Assembly (NCBI GenBank): GCA_002269645.1
Contig: NIVC01004126.1
Span: forward strand, 1-59,028
Reading direction: 5' to 3'
DNA: 59,028 nt
From: Macrostomum lignano
Taxonomy: Eukaryota
In this document: positions 47,201 to 59,028 of the stretch, piece by piece
How positions within the stretch are numbered: the first letter of the stretch is position 1
Layout of the letters: every line of letters starts with the position of its first letter
The notes under the pieces: generated by a model
Seen by the model: the letters and a program-made list of their open reading frames with translations, nothing else
Databases searched by the model: none
What the model was told of the DNA's origin: nothing
Translations under genes and position numbers: made by a program

Positions 47201-50200
47201 AACAACTCAAACCCCAATCTCCTCACCTTCTCCTTCCTCTTAGATGGAGACGCGGGCGGCTGCTCCTCAAAGGACTCGAAGCGAGACTTGATGTTGCTGA
47301 GCTTGGGCACGTGGCCGCTGTCGTTAGAGCCGCCGCCGTTCTCAACGGACTCGTCGCCGCTTCCTGCTACAATAATTATTTGATTAGAAAAAATTCGCGA
47401 TTAAACTACTTGTCTAGTTAGTAGCTAGAAAGAATATTTAGGGAATTTTCAATCTGAATTTGCAGGGGTTTGAAAAGTGTCCAGTCAAGAATGAGGGAGT
47501 CCCGGTTTAAACAAAAAGCTGTCCTCAGCTCAAAATCCGAACCAAGCTGATCTCATGCTCATTCAAGACATGCAATTAGGGCAGGTGTATGAGTCGGTAA
47601 TCGGTAATAAAAGGCGAGAGGCCAACTAGGCCAGCATGCAAACCTATGGAGTTAACCGGGACTCCAGCCGAATCGTGGAAGCGGTAGCTGCCTGCAATTG
47701 GGAGAGTAGCAAGTTGGAGCCATAAGCTGTTGGGTCAGAACTCAAGACTATTAATGAGCAACAGTTCAGCTTCACCAACCCTTCAGCCGGAACAGCTCAA
47801 TGTAGTGAGGCTGGCAGTACAGCCGGTCGTCCATGATGGCGAAATTGCCGACGCTGAAATTTTGGAGTGCGACAGCAGACTGGAGTCACTATCTTGAGTC
47901 TTCACAATTCACTATCTTGAGTCTTCACAATTCACTATCTTGAGTCTTCACCATTCACTATCTTGAGTCTTCAGCATTCACTATCTTGAGTCTTCAGCAT
48001 TCACTATCTTGAGTCTTCAGCATTCACTATCTTGAGTCTTCACCATTCACTATCTTGAGTCTTCACCATTCACTATCTTGAGTCTTCAGCATTCACTATC
48101 TTGAGTCTTCACCATTCACTATCTTGAGTCTTCAGCATTCACTATCTTGAGTCTTCACCATTCACTATCTTGAGTCTTCACCATTCACTATCTTGAGTCT
48201 TCAGCATTCACTATCTTGAGTCTTCACCATTCACTATCTTGAGTCTTCACCATTCACTATCTTGAGTCTTCAGCATTCACTATCTTGAGTCTTCACCATT
48301 CACTATCTTGAGTCTTCAGCATTCACTATCTTGAGTCTTCACCGTTCACTATCTTGAGTCTTCACCATTCACTATCTTGAGTCTTCAGCATTTACTATCT
48401 TGAGTCTTTAGCATTCACTATTTAGCAGCTTAGCAACAGAAACCCCCAGAAAAATGCACAGCCAAACGCCATACCTGAGCTGCCGCTTGCACTTGTAGCA
48501 GCGGTAGCAGGACTTGTGGTACACCTGGCCATCGGAGGTTAGCCGCTCCATTGGGTAAACCCGCCCGTGGCACATTTTGCAGGAGTCGGCGCCTCCGCCC
48601 TGCGAATGAAAAAGCAGATTTGTTTCAGAAATTGCTTTGCAGGTTGCAGATTCAATACCTTAGGGTGCTGTGAAGTTGGAGGCAAATTTAAGAACAAAAA
48701 CTAAGACTCAACGAGTGCAAAATAAAAGTGGTAACAACTTCTGAAAGGCATTGACACAAATCGACGAAGCCCTACACAAGCTGACGAAGATCTGACACAA
48801 ATCGGCAAAGATCTGACACACACCGACGAATTTCTGATACAAACTGGCAAATATTGGACACATATCCGCACAGATCTCACACAAAGTGGCAAATATCTGA
48901 CACAAATCGGAAAAGCTTCGACACAAATCAGCAAAGATCTGACACAAACTGGAAAATATCTGACACAAATCGGCAAAGCTTCGACACAAATCAGCAAAGA
49001 TCTGACACAAACTGGAAAATATCTGACACAAATCGGCAAAGATCTGACACAAACTGGAAAATATCTGACACAAATCAGCAGAGAACTGACACAAATCGGC
49101 AAAGCTTCGACACAAATCGGCAAAGAACTGACACAAATCGGCAAAGCTTCGACACAAATCGGCAAAGATCTGACACAAATCGGCAAAGATCTGACACAAA
49201 TCGGCAAAGATCTGACACAAATCGGCAAAGATCTGACACAAATCGGCAAAGCTCTGACATACACCGACGAAACTCAGACATAAAATTGACAAAGATCTTA
49301 CACAAAACAACGAGGCTCTGACACAAATCGAAGAGGCTCTGACACAAGTCGACAGAGATCTTCTGACACGAAGCGACCAATATCATGGCACAAGCAGCAT
49401 TTGTTTAAATTTACAAATTAATTCAATGTGACCAAGAAGGTTGACATCATAGGTGAATCGGTACAATATCAGGTACGTGTGTGCCCAGAAATCACGTGAT
49501 TGCTCAGGTGATGAACTACTATTCGTGAGTATGATCACAGGCAACAGCAATACTGAAAACAAGCAACAGTCAACTGAGACCGAACCCGCACAAGTGAGCC
49601 GCACAGACAGTCGGGCTCCGTGTCCGGCACAAGATTCTCGGACCAGAAGCCCATTGTCTCAATCTAAGGGAGGAGGATTGGAAATGTCTTCTTCATCCTT
49701 CAAGAGCATAAAAGCAGATCTTCTGTTTGCGCATAGACGATGGTGCAGAAAGGCTGCAAGGTGTGCAACAGGCGACATTGGAGAGCATGCCAAATAGTTG
49801 CAGTTGATTAAACAGCAATGCCTCTGAGTGCAACTCAAGCCAGTAGAGTCTGTATGCCAGCATGCAGACGCTAAAGAAGAATCAAAAGAAATCGGTGCAT
49901 TGCGGAGCAGGCAGACTGGGCTGGCGCGGTGCCAACTGCGTGTCCCGGCAAGCCGCACTTTCTAGGAAAGTACAAAGCAGCACATCATTGATTGACAGGT
50001 AATTACATAGCTGCCTCTGGAGCAGGAGGCTGTGCTGTTGTGCCTGAATAAGCTGGACGCCGGTCCTCCGCCGAATGGATTGCTGGCTGATTGCCGCTGC
50101 TGCTGCCATCTGCTGCTAGAAGCAGAGCTCTTCCAAGAGCAGGAAAGGAATTGAAACATTTGGCATAGCATGGCAACACACCGTAATTAAAGCCCAACCT

Positions 50201-51027
50201 CACCTGTCCCTGACCAACGCTGCCGTTGCCGCTGCTCATGCGGCTGCCGAATTCGTCGCCGTTGGCAGACTCAGTTGCTATGGCAACGGCCTCCTCTGCG
50301 CTCTCCTCGGCTCCGACGGATTCCAACGGCGGCTGGTCTTCGCCTCCAGACTCTTCTTCAGCGGCTGTTCGGTTCGAGCGGGCGAGCGGGGGAGCGGAGG
50401 GTGGGGTGGGTGGCCACAGCACTGCAACGCATGCGCATGCACTGAGACAGGGAAAAATTAATAATAAATAAATTGTGGCACTCCAAAAATTGAGCAGGTA
50501 TTTGTGACGCAAATCAGCGCCTGGGTGAGTAGCAGTGAGTGACCGACTTTAGCTGACAAGCTCATGCGGCCGGCAGCGCACGGGCAGGAGAGAAATGAAA
50601 CAAAATAAATTTGATTTTTTCGTCACCAGGTTTGCGTCCGTAAGCTATGCTTCCGTTTATGCATGTCAATTTATGCCTCTGTCTGTCTGTCTGTCTGTCT
50701 GTCTGTGTGTCTGTCTGTCTGTGTGTCTTTCTGTCTGTGTGTCTGTCTGTGTGTCTGTCTGTCTGTCTGTCTGTGTGTCTGTCTGTCTGTGTGTCTTTCT
50801 GTCTGTGTGTCTGTCTGTCTGTCTGTGTGTCTGTCTGTGTGTCTGTCTGTCTGTCTGTGTGTCTGTCTGTCTGTGTGTCTTTCTGTCTGTGTGTCTGTCT
50901 GTCTGTCTGTCTGTGTGTCTGTCTGTGTGTCTGTCTGTCTGTCTGTCTGTGTGTCTGTGCGTCTGTCTGTGTGTCTGTCTGTCTGTCTGTCTGTGTGTCT
51001 GTCTGTCTGTGTGTCTTTCTGTCTGTG

Positions 51028-51058
<31 letters not shown>

Positions 51059-51127
51059 GTGTCTGTCTGTCTTAGTGTCTGTCTGTCTGTCTGTGTGTCT
51101 GTCTGTCTGTGTGTCTTTCTGTCTGTG

Positions 51128-51158
<31 letters not shown>

Positions 51159-51211
51159 GTGTCTGTCTGTGTGTCTGTCTGTCTGTCTTAGTGTCTGTCT
51201 GTCTGTCTTAG

Positions 51212-51246
<35 letters not shown>

Positions 51247-51315
51247 GTGTCTGTCTGTCTGTCTTAGTGTCTGTCTGCCTGTCTGTCTGTCTGTGTGTCT
51301 GTCTGTCTGTCTTAG

Positions 51316-51358
<43 letters not shown>

Positions 51359-52543
51359 GTGTCTGTCTGTCTGTCTGTCTTAGTGTCTGTCTGTCTGTCT
51401 GTGTGTCTGTCTGTCTGTCTGTCTTAGTGTCTGTCTGTCTGTCTGTCTGTCTTAGTGTCTGTCTGTCTGTCTGTCTGTCTTAGTGTCTGTCTGTCTGTCT
51501 GTCTGTCGCCCCAGTTTAAGCCACAAGCAGCTGCGCAGAAATGGAATTCAAGATGACCGCAGACCGTGCAGCAAAACTCGGCACGCGGCAGCCCGGCAGT
51601 GCATTCACAAATGGCCGGCACGCCAGCAGACATGCAGCGGGCAGCCAGCAGGCGGCAGGGCAGGTTAAAAGTGCAGGCAAATTAACCCCCCCACACACAC
51701 TACAAAGGAAAACAGCGCAGCCAGTTGAACTTCGGACAGCTGAATTTCGGCAATGCACTGACATTTGCAGATCCCCAGCGCTAAGGGAATAGCAATGCAA
51801 CAGTTATTAAATAAAAGATTAACTCGAAGTGAAAGTTGAAAGACAATCAATGGGCACAAAATTCTAGTGGCAGTGAGATGGGCGGCTGCTGGGCTGCGTG
51901 ATTCTGGGAATGGGCGGCTGCAAACCGATGAGGCGCAAGGGAGGAGGCTGCGAATCCCAGCGAGGCAGTGAGGGGATGAAGCTGATTCAGCGCAGGCTGC
52001 GCAGTACGCCAGACAGAGGGAGATGGTGCAGGTGAAACTCTGGCAGATTCCAAATCGCAGAGAATGAAGGCAAGCATATGCTACTAAATAATGGATGCCC
52101 CCAAGGCTGAGTCAGCTGAGCCGCAGATCCGCAGTCGCTGAACCAGAAGCGCGTCGGCAAACTCACCTGCAACCTGCTGTTGAGTATCCTCGGACTCGAG
52201 CCGCTGCTCCGGCTGCTTCGAATCGGTGGCTGCCGTCTCCTGCGAACGGAATGCGGGTCTGAATCAAACACACTGCTTAATCAAATAGACAGGGAGACAA
52301 CTGGCTTGGAAAACAGGCTGGGGGGGTTGATGAAGCACCGTGAGAACAGACACAATCTGAAGTGCGGCTCTTGAGTAGCCTGCACAAGATGCTTGGCCTT
52401 ACCATGGCTAATCTGGTCTGGCAGTGCAATAAGCGATCTGGTTTAGCGCGAATAGCAGACTTTGATGTGCAGCCCTCAAGTCAGCAGCAATCCGATGGCG
52501 AAGATTGCGGCGCCGCTATTTTTACTTTCTTTCTTGCCGTTTT

Positions 52544-52582
<39 letters not shown>

Positions 52583-55500
52583 GCGCAGGCCTGGTGGGGA
52601 CGGCAGGAGCCCTCCTAAGAGAAAGTTCTGCGATCGCGACTGGCTGCCAACTGCAGGCAGGGGGCGGTGGGGCAGGGGGGCAGCTGTACAGCCAGGTATT
52701 CCAGACTCCCAGCGCAAGGAGTTCTATAGAATTCTTATAAGCATCCGGAGTGGAAAATTGATGGTGAGGATACGCGCAGGCGGAGGCTGCAATTTATTTA
52801 GCCGGCGCACAAACAACATTTGAACTTATAAAATAGTAAATCTTGATAATAGGGCCTTCATTTTTGGGCATTGAACTTGAAACACAAAGACAATGCTATA
52901 TTTTGCAGTTTCCATTCCAGATGCGTAGGTTTTAGCAATCTATGCACAGTTTATAGACGGGGGAAGGGAAGGACCGAGGCTGGGCGTATTCGAAATTCAA
53001 CTTTCCATCTAAGGCCGGCAGCTCCCGAGGGCTTCGCAAACGCGGCCACCCCTGTGCGTTCAGTGCGCAGGAAAACCAGGGGGGGGGGGGGGTGCGCAAT
53101 GGAAAGGGGCAAAGCTGAATGTCTTGGCGAAGCAGCGAAGGACGGCGGAGCGATTCGCTGTTTACTCCGAATGGCACGCCAACAGTAGAGGGCAGGCCGC
53201 ATTCCCGGCCTCCATCCGCTATCCCCGCAGCTTTTTTGCCCGCCTCCGATGGCTCCCCTTAGCAAAGCCTTTGCAGCGGCAGCAGGCTGGCGTCAGCAGC
53301 TGCACACACACACGCGGGGCCAGGTGAAAATATGCGAGCCAGCATTGGCAGGGGCGCTGGGATACTGGCTAGTTTTCAAGCAAGAGGCTTCGCTTTGATG
53401 GCCCTTCGTTTAGGGTTCCGAAAGATTCCCGAAAGAAAGAAAAACATGAAACTATTTATCCACAATTACTATTTGTACAATTTCAATTTTTCCACACAGT
53501 CGCTAGAGTGGAAGTATTTTATTGCTTGTTGAAATATAAGGAACTAAAAGACAGATGCGCTGCTATGTACAACGGTGGATCATCTGTCAAACAGGGGCTG
53601 CTGCGGGCACAATAACCAGGGGGTCTTTCTCGAAAGCAACTTACGATCGACCATAGACGTAAGTTGGGTAAGCTACACTTACGGGTTGCTCGAAGGGCTC
53701 GCAAGTTAGCTATGCGTAAGATTGATCGCAACTTTACGAGTTCGTAACTTTGCGCAAAAGACTGTTTCTCGAAACGTTCGAATGTCTATGGTCTTTCGTA
53801 AGGTTGATCTTAACCCTACGACTGCTCGGTATCAGTCGTAAGACGCACTTAGCACTAATCGCATAGTACGTGAAGCTTTAGTCAAGCCAAGTCAAGTTAA
53901 ACTTTATCGAAGGTGGGTCTTTCTCGAAAGCAACTTACGAGAAACAAAGTAAAGATATTTACAGATTTAGGACCATAGACATGCAAATTTTCGTTTCAGA
54001 TACGACTTACGAACAGCGTAAGCCACGCAAAGTCTAAGTGAGTTTTGAGAAAGCGTCTTACGAGCAAACTTACGCTACACGTAAATTTCTTTCTTACGAT
54101 CTAACTTACCATAGAACTTACGTGAGTTTCGAGAAACACCCCCAGTAAGTCTGTTAACAGACGCTATGGCGGTACGGCAGAGAGGGGGAGATCGGGGGAT
54201 GGCAGATTGAGAGGACAGGGGAGACTCAGTCTGCAGACTCAGGCGCAGCCAGCGGCAGCAGCAGGCGCCAGAGGCAAATAAAACGCATAAGTGCTGCGCA
54301 GTTACGGCACACAAAAAGCAACAAATTCAAGCCTGTTAATTAACAATGGCGAGTAAAAGAGGAACTAGCAGCCAGCAGTGTGTAGCCTACATTGGGCAAA
54401 TAGTTTAGGCCCGTGAGAATTCTCATGCCTTGAATTTCCATGCAGCAGGCGCCAGTGCAGACACCAAAGCTGGTGCCGGCCCTGCAGCTTCGGTTATCAA
54501 AATTTACAACAGCCAAAATAAAAATAATTTGGTGCGCGATTAAATTAACTGCAACCGGATAAAATCTGTGCCGAGTTTGCCCTGCCAGGTGCGCCCTAAA
54601 CTCTCTGGCTAATTAACTCTGTCATCTAGTAACTGCTTCGGTGTCCAAATTATCGCAAATTAGTGCCTGGTCTGTGAAATTTTACCTTTAAACTACTAAA
54701 ATCTCACTGAGATTGGGGCAGCATGCGGCACTGAAATCTCACTGAGATTGGGGCTGCAGCGGCACTGAAATCTCACTGAGATTGGGGCAGCATGCGGCAC
54801 TGAAATCTCACTGAGATTGGGGCTGCAGCGGCACTGAAATCTCACTGAGATTGGGGCAGCATGCGGCACTGAAATCTCACTGAGATTGGGGCTGCAGCGG
54901 CACTGAAATCTCACTGAGATTGGGGCAGCATGCGGCACTGAAATCTCACTGAGATTGGGGCAACATGCGGCACTGAAATCTCACTGAGATTGGGGCTGCA
55001 GCGGCACTGAAATCTCTCTAAGATTGGGGGCAACATGCGGCACTGAAATCTCACTGAGATTGGGGCTGCAGCGCACAGAAATCTCACCGAGATTGGGGCT
55101 GCAGCGGCACAGAAATCTCACTGAGATTGAGGCTGCAGCGGCACTGAAATCTGCAACAAAATCTCAGAATCTTAATAGCTAAAGGTCGTACTAAAAATTA
55201 TATTCGATTTTTTATTGTCTAAAAATTGAATTGGGCAGTTGGAAGCATTTCCCAGAGAAATTGGTGCAGGGTTGACCATGTGCCAGCAAATAATAAAAAC
55301 TTTTTGAAGGTGCAAAGTTTCAATTTGTGCTCCCTCAGCTGATCTGTGCTTCACCGCAACACCTGGGGGCTATAAAATTCAGGTACAGTTAAACGATAAA
55401 CTCCGATTAAGTAATTTTTTGCGATTATATTAAGGTGTCCGAAATGAGTCTGTGAGCACCCGACAAACTTCAGTTCGCAAATCTCGGCGCCTAGTCAGTG

Positions 55501-58500
55501 CGCTGAAATAGTGGGAGAGGCAGAAAAACGCTCAGAGCTGTGCTGGAGAGCCAGAAGCTAAATAACAGCAACTATTCTGGCGCCGCTCAGAGCTGTGCTG
55601 GAGAGCCAGAAGCTAAATAACAGCAACTATTCTGGCGCCGCTCAGAGCTGTGCTGGAGAGCCAGAAGCTAAATAACAGCAACTATTCTGGCGCCGCTCAG
55701 AGCTGTGCTGGAGAGCCAGAAGCTAAATAACAGCAACTATTCTGGCGCCGCTCAGAGCTGTGCTGGAGAGCCAGAAGCTAAATAACAGCAACTATTCTGG
55801 CGCCGCTCAGAGCTGTGCTGGAGAGCCAGAAGCTAAATAACAGCAACTATTCTGGCGCCGCTCAGAGCTGTGCTGGAGAGCCAGAAGCTAAATAACAGCA
55901 ACTATTCTGGCGCCGCTCAGAGCTGTGCTGGAGAGCCAGAAGCTAAATAACAGCAACTATTCTGGCGCCGCTCAGAGCTGTGCTGGAGAGCCAGAAGCTA
56001 AATAACAGCAACTATTCTGGCGCCGCTCAGAGCTGTGCTGGAGAGCCAGAAGCTAAATAACAGCAACTATTCTGGCGCCGCTCAGAGCTGTGCTGGAGAG
56101 CCAGAAGCTAAATAACAGCAACTATTCTGGAGCTGCAATGCAAAGTTTACAGCACTGTGGACTCCGGCAGTCCGTGGGATTCTGTGCGTTTGGTCCGGTT
56201 GACAACACAAAGAAGTAAAAAGAGGTAAGCGCAAGGAAGGGCTAAAGGACTAAGAGATGGACAACATCCGTGACGCAGCGCATGGCCCGGCAGGATTCGC
56301 TGGCCTTCACCCACCCGGTCCAGACTGGGCGACACCGCGGCCCGGATGGTCACGCAGGTCTTGGCCGAGACGGCGACTTCGGCTGCGGCAAGCGCCGTCA
56401 GGTCCGAGTCGTCCTCGCTGGACAAGATTTCAGCGGCTATCAAGGCCTGCTCAGTGAGCAGCTGCAGCTCATCGGGTGTCGCAGCTGCCGCAGCTGGTGC
56501 GTTCAACTTTTCTGCATCATCCGACTGGCTACCGTCCTGCGAGTTATATCAGCACAATACTAGCGGAGTCGGAAATTTTTTAATAAAAAAACTTTCTTTC
56601 CCGAACAAAGAACGCAATTATTTCTACTTATTCCAGTAGTGTAGTGCGCAAAGGCGCATTGAAACCAAAAAAATGCTGCAGTACAGTTTTCTTAAGAACA
56701 AACAATGCACATAGATATGGGTAGAGCAGATACTGCAGTACGTGAGAAGTGACAGTGTAGGGAAGTTTTGGGCGTATTAGGGATTTGGCTGAAATGAGCA
56801 CCCCGGGAATGCACTAAACTGGCAAATAAAACAGCAAAAAACAGTCAACACCGCACATCTATACCTCGTACGCACGTACAGAGGCACTTCAATACAAACT
56901 CTGAAATGAGAGGTAGCACTTAATAAAATTTGAATCAGCATACGATCGTAAAATAACAAGCGGGCCATACCACACTGTCGGTACCGCGCTAGCATCGAGT
57001 GCGCCCAGCCCTTACTAATGCGCAGTGCAAGCTAAGAGGCCTTGGCGGCCTGAGTGAGTCATAACTGCTGGCCCCGATGGGGCACAGGGAACGGCCCGAC
57101 TTATTGGGGAAGAGGAGGGGAGAAGGGAAAAGATAGAATGGGATGAACGCAGGGGAACTGCAGAAGGCCAAGAGCGACTCCCCGCAATCTAATCCGGCAG
57201 GGCAGAGAGGCGTGAGCAAGAAGTCAGCGAGAGGATCAGACTGTACAGTCCCAGACCGAACCCGGACAGAGAGAATTTGGAACACAAAGATTGCTGAAGA
57301 AAGAATTCTACCAGACACCCCGATCTGCCGTCAGCAATCTGTAACAGACAGGCAGACTACTATAAATTATATACTATACGCGAGCCATGAATCACTAAGC
57401 CGCATTCCTTTCTTTGATAATACAAAATAGAAACATTCAATCCGGGACGCTAATTAAAAGTCCTTGTAATTAGTAAAGCCAGCCCACAAAGAAGACAGAA
57501 TGCAGAGACCTGATCAGATTGGGTATGCTTGGATAACCACAGCCACACCCAAAAATATTGTATTGCTGCACAGTAAGGACAGGTAGACAGCTCAGGCACA
57601 GGGCTTGGGCGTGTCCGCACTGGTACTGAGTGCTATTGCGCATTGATCGATATGACAGTAGAGTGTAGAGACAGACAGCGGTGTCAACACAGTGAGGCAA
57701 TATCGTATATATATATATATATATATATATAGCCAAACTACACACAGAATAAAACTCTCAGGACAGGTGTGTGATGGCACAAAAGTACCAACGATAGGTA
57801 AGTGCAACATTTGAGAAAGACAAAGAAACGTATGCACAGACAACAATGTTATGTTTGAGAATGCTCGTAAGCTAGCTAATCTGACAGGCTAGAACTGACC
57901 ACGTGACCTTAATTTACCTGGCTGGCGTCCGTGTCGGTGCCCAGCCGGCCGATGATTTCAATATTGGGCCGATTGAAGTACCGGCTGGCCCAGTGCTCGC
58001 GCTCTTCGCGCTTGCTCACCAGCGACTTGTCGCCAAAGTAGAACGTCTTGGAGTCCGACCCGCTGGCTGTCGGCTTTGAGCTCGACGTCACCGGAGGCCG
58101 GCCCTGCGAAGGCGGCGGTTGCTGCTGCTGCTGCTGCTGATGAGTTTGCTGCTGATACCGGCGGAGCTGATTAACGATGGCGTCGTGCGATGATGAAGGC
58201 TGAGCCGGTGGCTGCTGCTGCTGCTGAGGCGGCGCCGGTGTCCTGCGAAGCTGCTGATGGTAGGCGGCTCGGGACTCGGCTGGCTGCTGCTGCTCCTGGA
58301 AGCGGCTGGCCAGTGCGCGCACTTTCCCGGTGCGAATGGGATTTGAGTCGCTGGGCGCAGCATTGTAGGTGTAGGACAGATTCCTTGGCGACGAGTTCCC
58401 AGCGTACCAGAACGACTCTGGCTGCTGCTGCTGCTGATCAGCGGCGTCTCGTGCCTGATGGTCGGGCTCTGGGTAGATCAGCGTGTGCCTCAACACCTCA

Positions 58501-59028
58501 AAGCTGGGCTCAGCGTCCAACTCCTCGTTAGCATCCGCGTCTTCGTCCGAGGCGGTTTCGGCAGGCGCGGCGGGCGACACTCCGGGGCTGATGTAGCCGA
58601 ACCTCAGCGGCTGGAACTTGCGTATCGGGTACTCCACGCTGGACACAACAGGCCCAGCTGCTGGGTCTTCCGATGCCGGAGCATCCTCCTTCTGTTGCAC
58701 CAGCACCTCCATTACCGGCTGCTGGTGTTGAGCCGCCTCCGGCTCGCTGGTCTGGAAGTAGATGTTCTTCTTCAGCCAGTACTGGATTGCGCTGGTTCAC
58801 CTCGTGGTCCTCCGGCAGCTTCTCGCTGGGCCTGGGCGCGCGGACTGGTGCCGAAAATCTCGTCAAGATTGATATCAGTCACCGAGCGATCCTTGCGCAC
58901 CTTGTCAGGTAGGACCATCACATCGCTGGAGTTGCTGAAGCTCTATCTGAGCCGGGCCCGCTTGCTGTGCCTCTGCGGCTTTCGAACCAGCACCACTTTC
59001 TTGTAAGGATGCTCGATCTTCAGAGGCG
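35203..59028 (-). CDS. Large LIM-domain (EPLIN/LIMD2/XIRP-type) protein with repeated GVxENxP..PDVVR modules; 5' end outside the window
   Basis: Supported exons: >59028-57918, 56536-56315, 52239-52167, 50421-50204, 48599-48475, 47853-47780, 47366-47227, 45920-~45413, 43753-43451, ~42750-42600, 41833-41753, 40989-40792, 39995-39627, 38971-38669, then terminal 37433-37332 or 35685-35203. LIM: [61 protein letters not shown]. Joining the 52-59 kb exons to the LIM part is inferred from phase only. Confidence 0.7.
35920..36050. repeat. 27-bp array (gtacactctactgtatgtacacagggt)
   Basis: Visible. Confidence 0.9.
36690..37195. repeat. G/T-rich array (ggggtgttgtgggggct)
   Basis: Visible; G4-prone runs. 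Confidence 0.9.
37630..38525. repeat. CA-rich cryptic microsatellite (cacagacacag..)
   Basis: Visible. Confidence 0.95.
38995..39605. repeat. Compound 22-24-bp arrays (gtgacagactcggtggtgtgggga / gtgacagacactacagagtgagga)
   Basis: Fills the intron between repeat-module exons. Confidence 0.93.
40020..40785. repeat. ~21-bp array (gagtgagtctgggacagctt)
   Basis: Fills the intron; its translation in the 431-aa ORF is spurious. Confidence 0.93.
41140..41410. repeat. 45-bp array x~6
   Basis: gccagctgctggtctttgttctgaaccgcacacgcaagcatctca. Confidence 0.93.
41885..42212. repeat. 21-bp array (ccaggtctagagactgccagt)
   Basis: Visible. Confidence 0.93.
42385..42552. repeat. 22-bp array (gtgacaggatctctgtgacaga)
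   Basis: Visible. Confidence 0.93.
42875..43040 (+). mobile_element. SINE family A copy (diverged, truncated)
   Basis: gtgccagcg..ttccaagtgca..ctcagcttggctctgctcgtgcaattaacggccttgag..cccaaggcacagtgaagtgtacatgcct matches ~12320-12455. Confidence 0.8.
43800..45170. repeat. 22-bp array (gggatttgatggattgggattc)
   Basis: ~60 units. Confidence 0.97.
46145..47185. repeat. 28-bp array (ggaggctggcccagcaactgaggatctg)
   Basis: Visible. Confidence 0.95.
47780..48599 (-). CDS. LIM domain exons (48599-48475, 47853-47780)
   Basis: CxxC-x17-HxxCxxCxxC-x17-CxxH; the VYPMERL and YCxPHxxxLFxxKG motifs are typical of LIMA1/LIMD2/XIRP2. Confidence 0.9.
47888..48422. repeat. 23-bp array (cactatcttgagtcttcaccatt) filling the intron that splits the LIM domain
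   Basis: Visible. Confidence 0.95.
48750..49370. repeat. Degenerate 21-bp repeat (ctgacacaaatcggcaaagat)
   Basis: Many substitution variants, almost no indels. Confidence 0.9.
50668..51506. repeat. (TCTG/TGTG)n microsatellite
   Basis: Visible. Confidence 0.97.
53620..54142. mobile_element. PIF/Harbinger-like non-autonomous element (MITE)
   Basis: TIRs GGGGTCTTTCTCGAAAGC.. / ..GTTTCGAGAAACACCCC, flanked by a 3-bp CAG duplication (53617-19, 54143-45); a second left end lies at ~53915. Confidence 0.7.
54705..55150. repeat. Alternating 35/34-bp array containing the hairpin aatctca-c-tgagatt
   Basis: cactgaaatctcactgagattggggcagcatgcgg / ..ggggctgcagcgg. Confidence 0.93.
55529..56130. repeat. 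Perfect 55-bp array x~11
   Basis: cgctcagagctgtgctggagagccagaagctaaataacagcaactattctggcgc. Confidence 0.97.

Noticed and set aside
49962-50171. Extra LIM-gene exon (..[19 protein letters not shown]..)
   Set aside because: Plausible, but acceptor and frame could not be fixed, so it was left out of the model
52362-53532. Short ORFs around a GC-rich stretch
   Set aside because: No homology or splice support; may be an internal promoter or UTR but not demonstrable

Overview
Eukaryotic (animal) genomic DNA with short GT-AG introns, very dense minisatellites and TTAGGG-type telomeric repeat; the style suggests a flatworm such as Macrostomum, but that is inference only. I reconstructed six genes by hand from splice sites and phases: (1) U1 snRNP protein C with apparent 1-bp frameshifts; (2) ribosomal protein L22; (3, 4) two convergent 12-exon paralogous DEG/ENaC channels (4510-8723 +, 26354-22223 -); (5) a putative GPI-anchored two-domain Ly6/uPAR (three-finger) protein head-to-head with channel 2; (6) a >24-kb minus-strand gene with an EPLIN/LIMD2-type LIM domain and seven copies of a GVxENxPxxLPDVVR repeat. 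The standout is the channel pair: each carries two kringle-like domains and a WSC domain in the extracellular finger region, with the WSC exon sitting inside kringle 1. The two copies share a ~560-bp near-identical tract that includes an intron. The rest of the window is tandem arrays, two tRNA-derived SINE families, a Harbinger-like MITE, a fold-back element, an orphan channel-exon fragment and an interstitial telomeric tract. All identities and counts are manual estimates.
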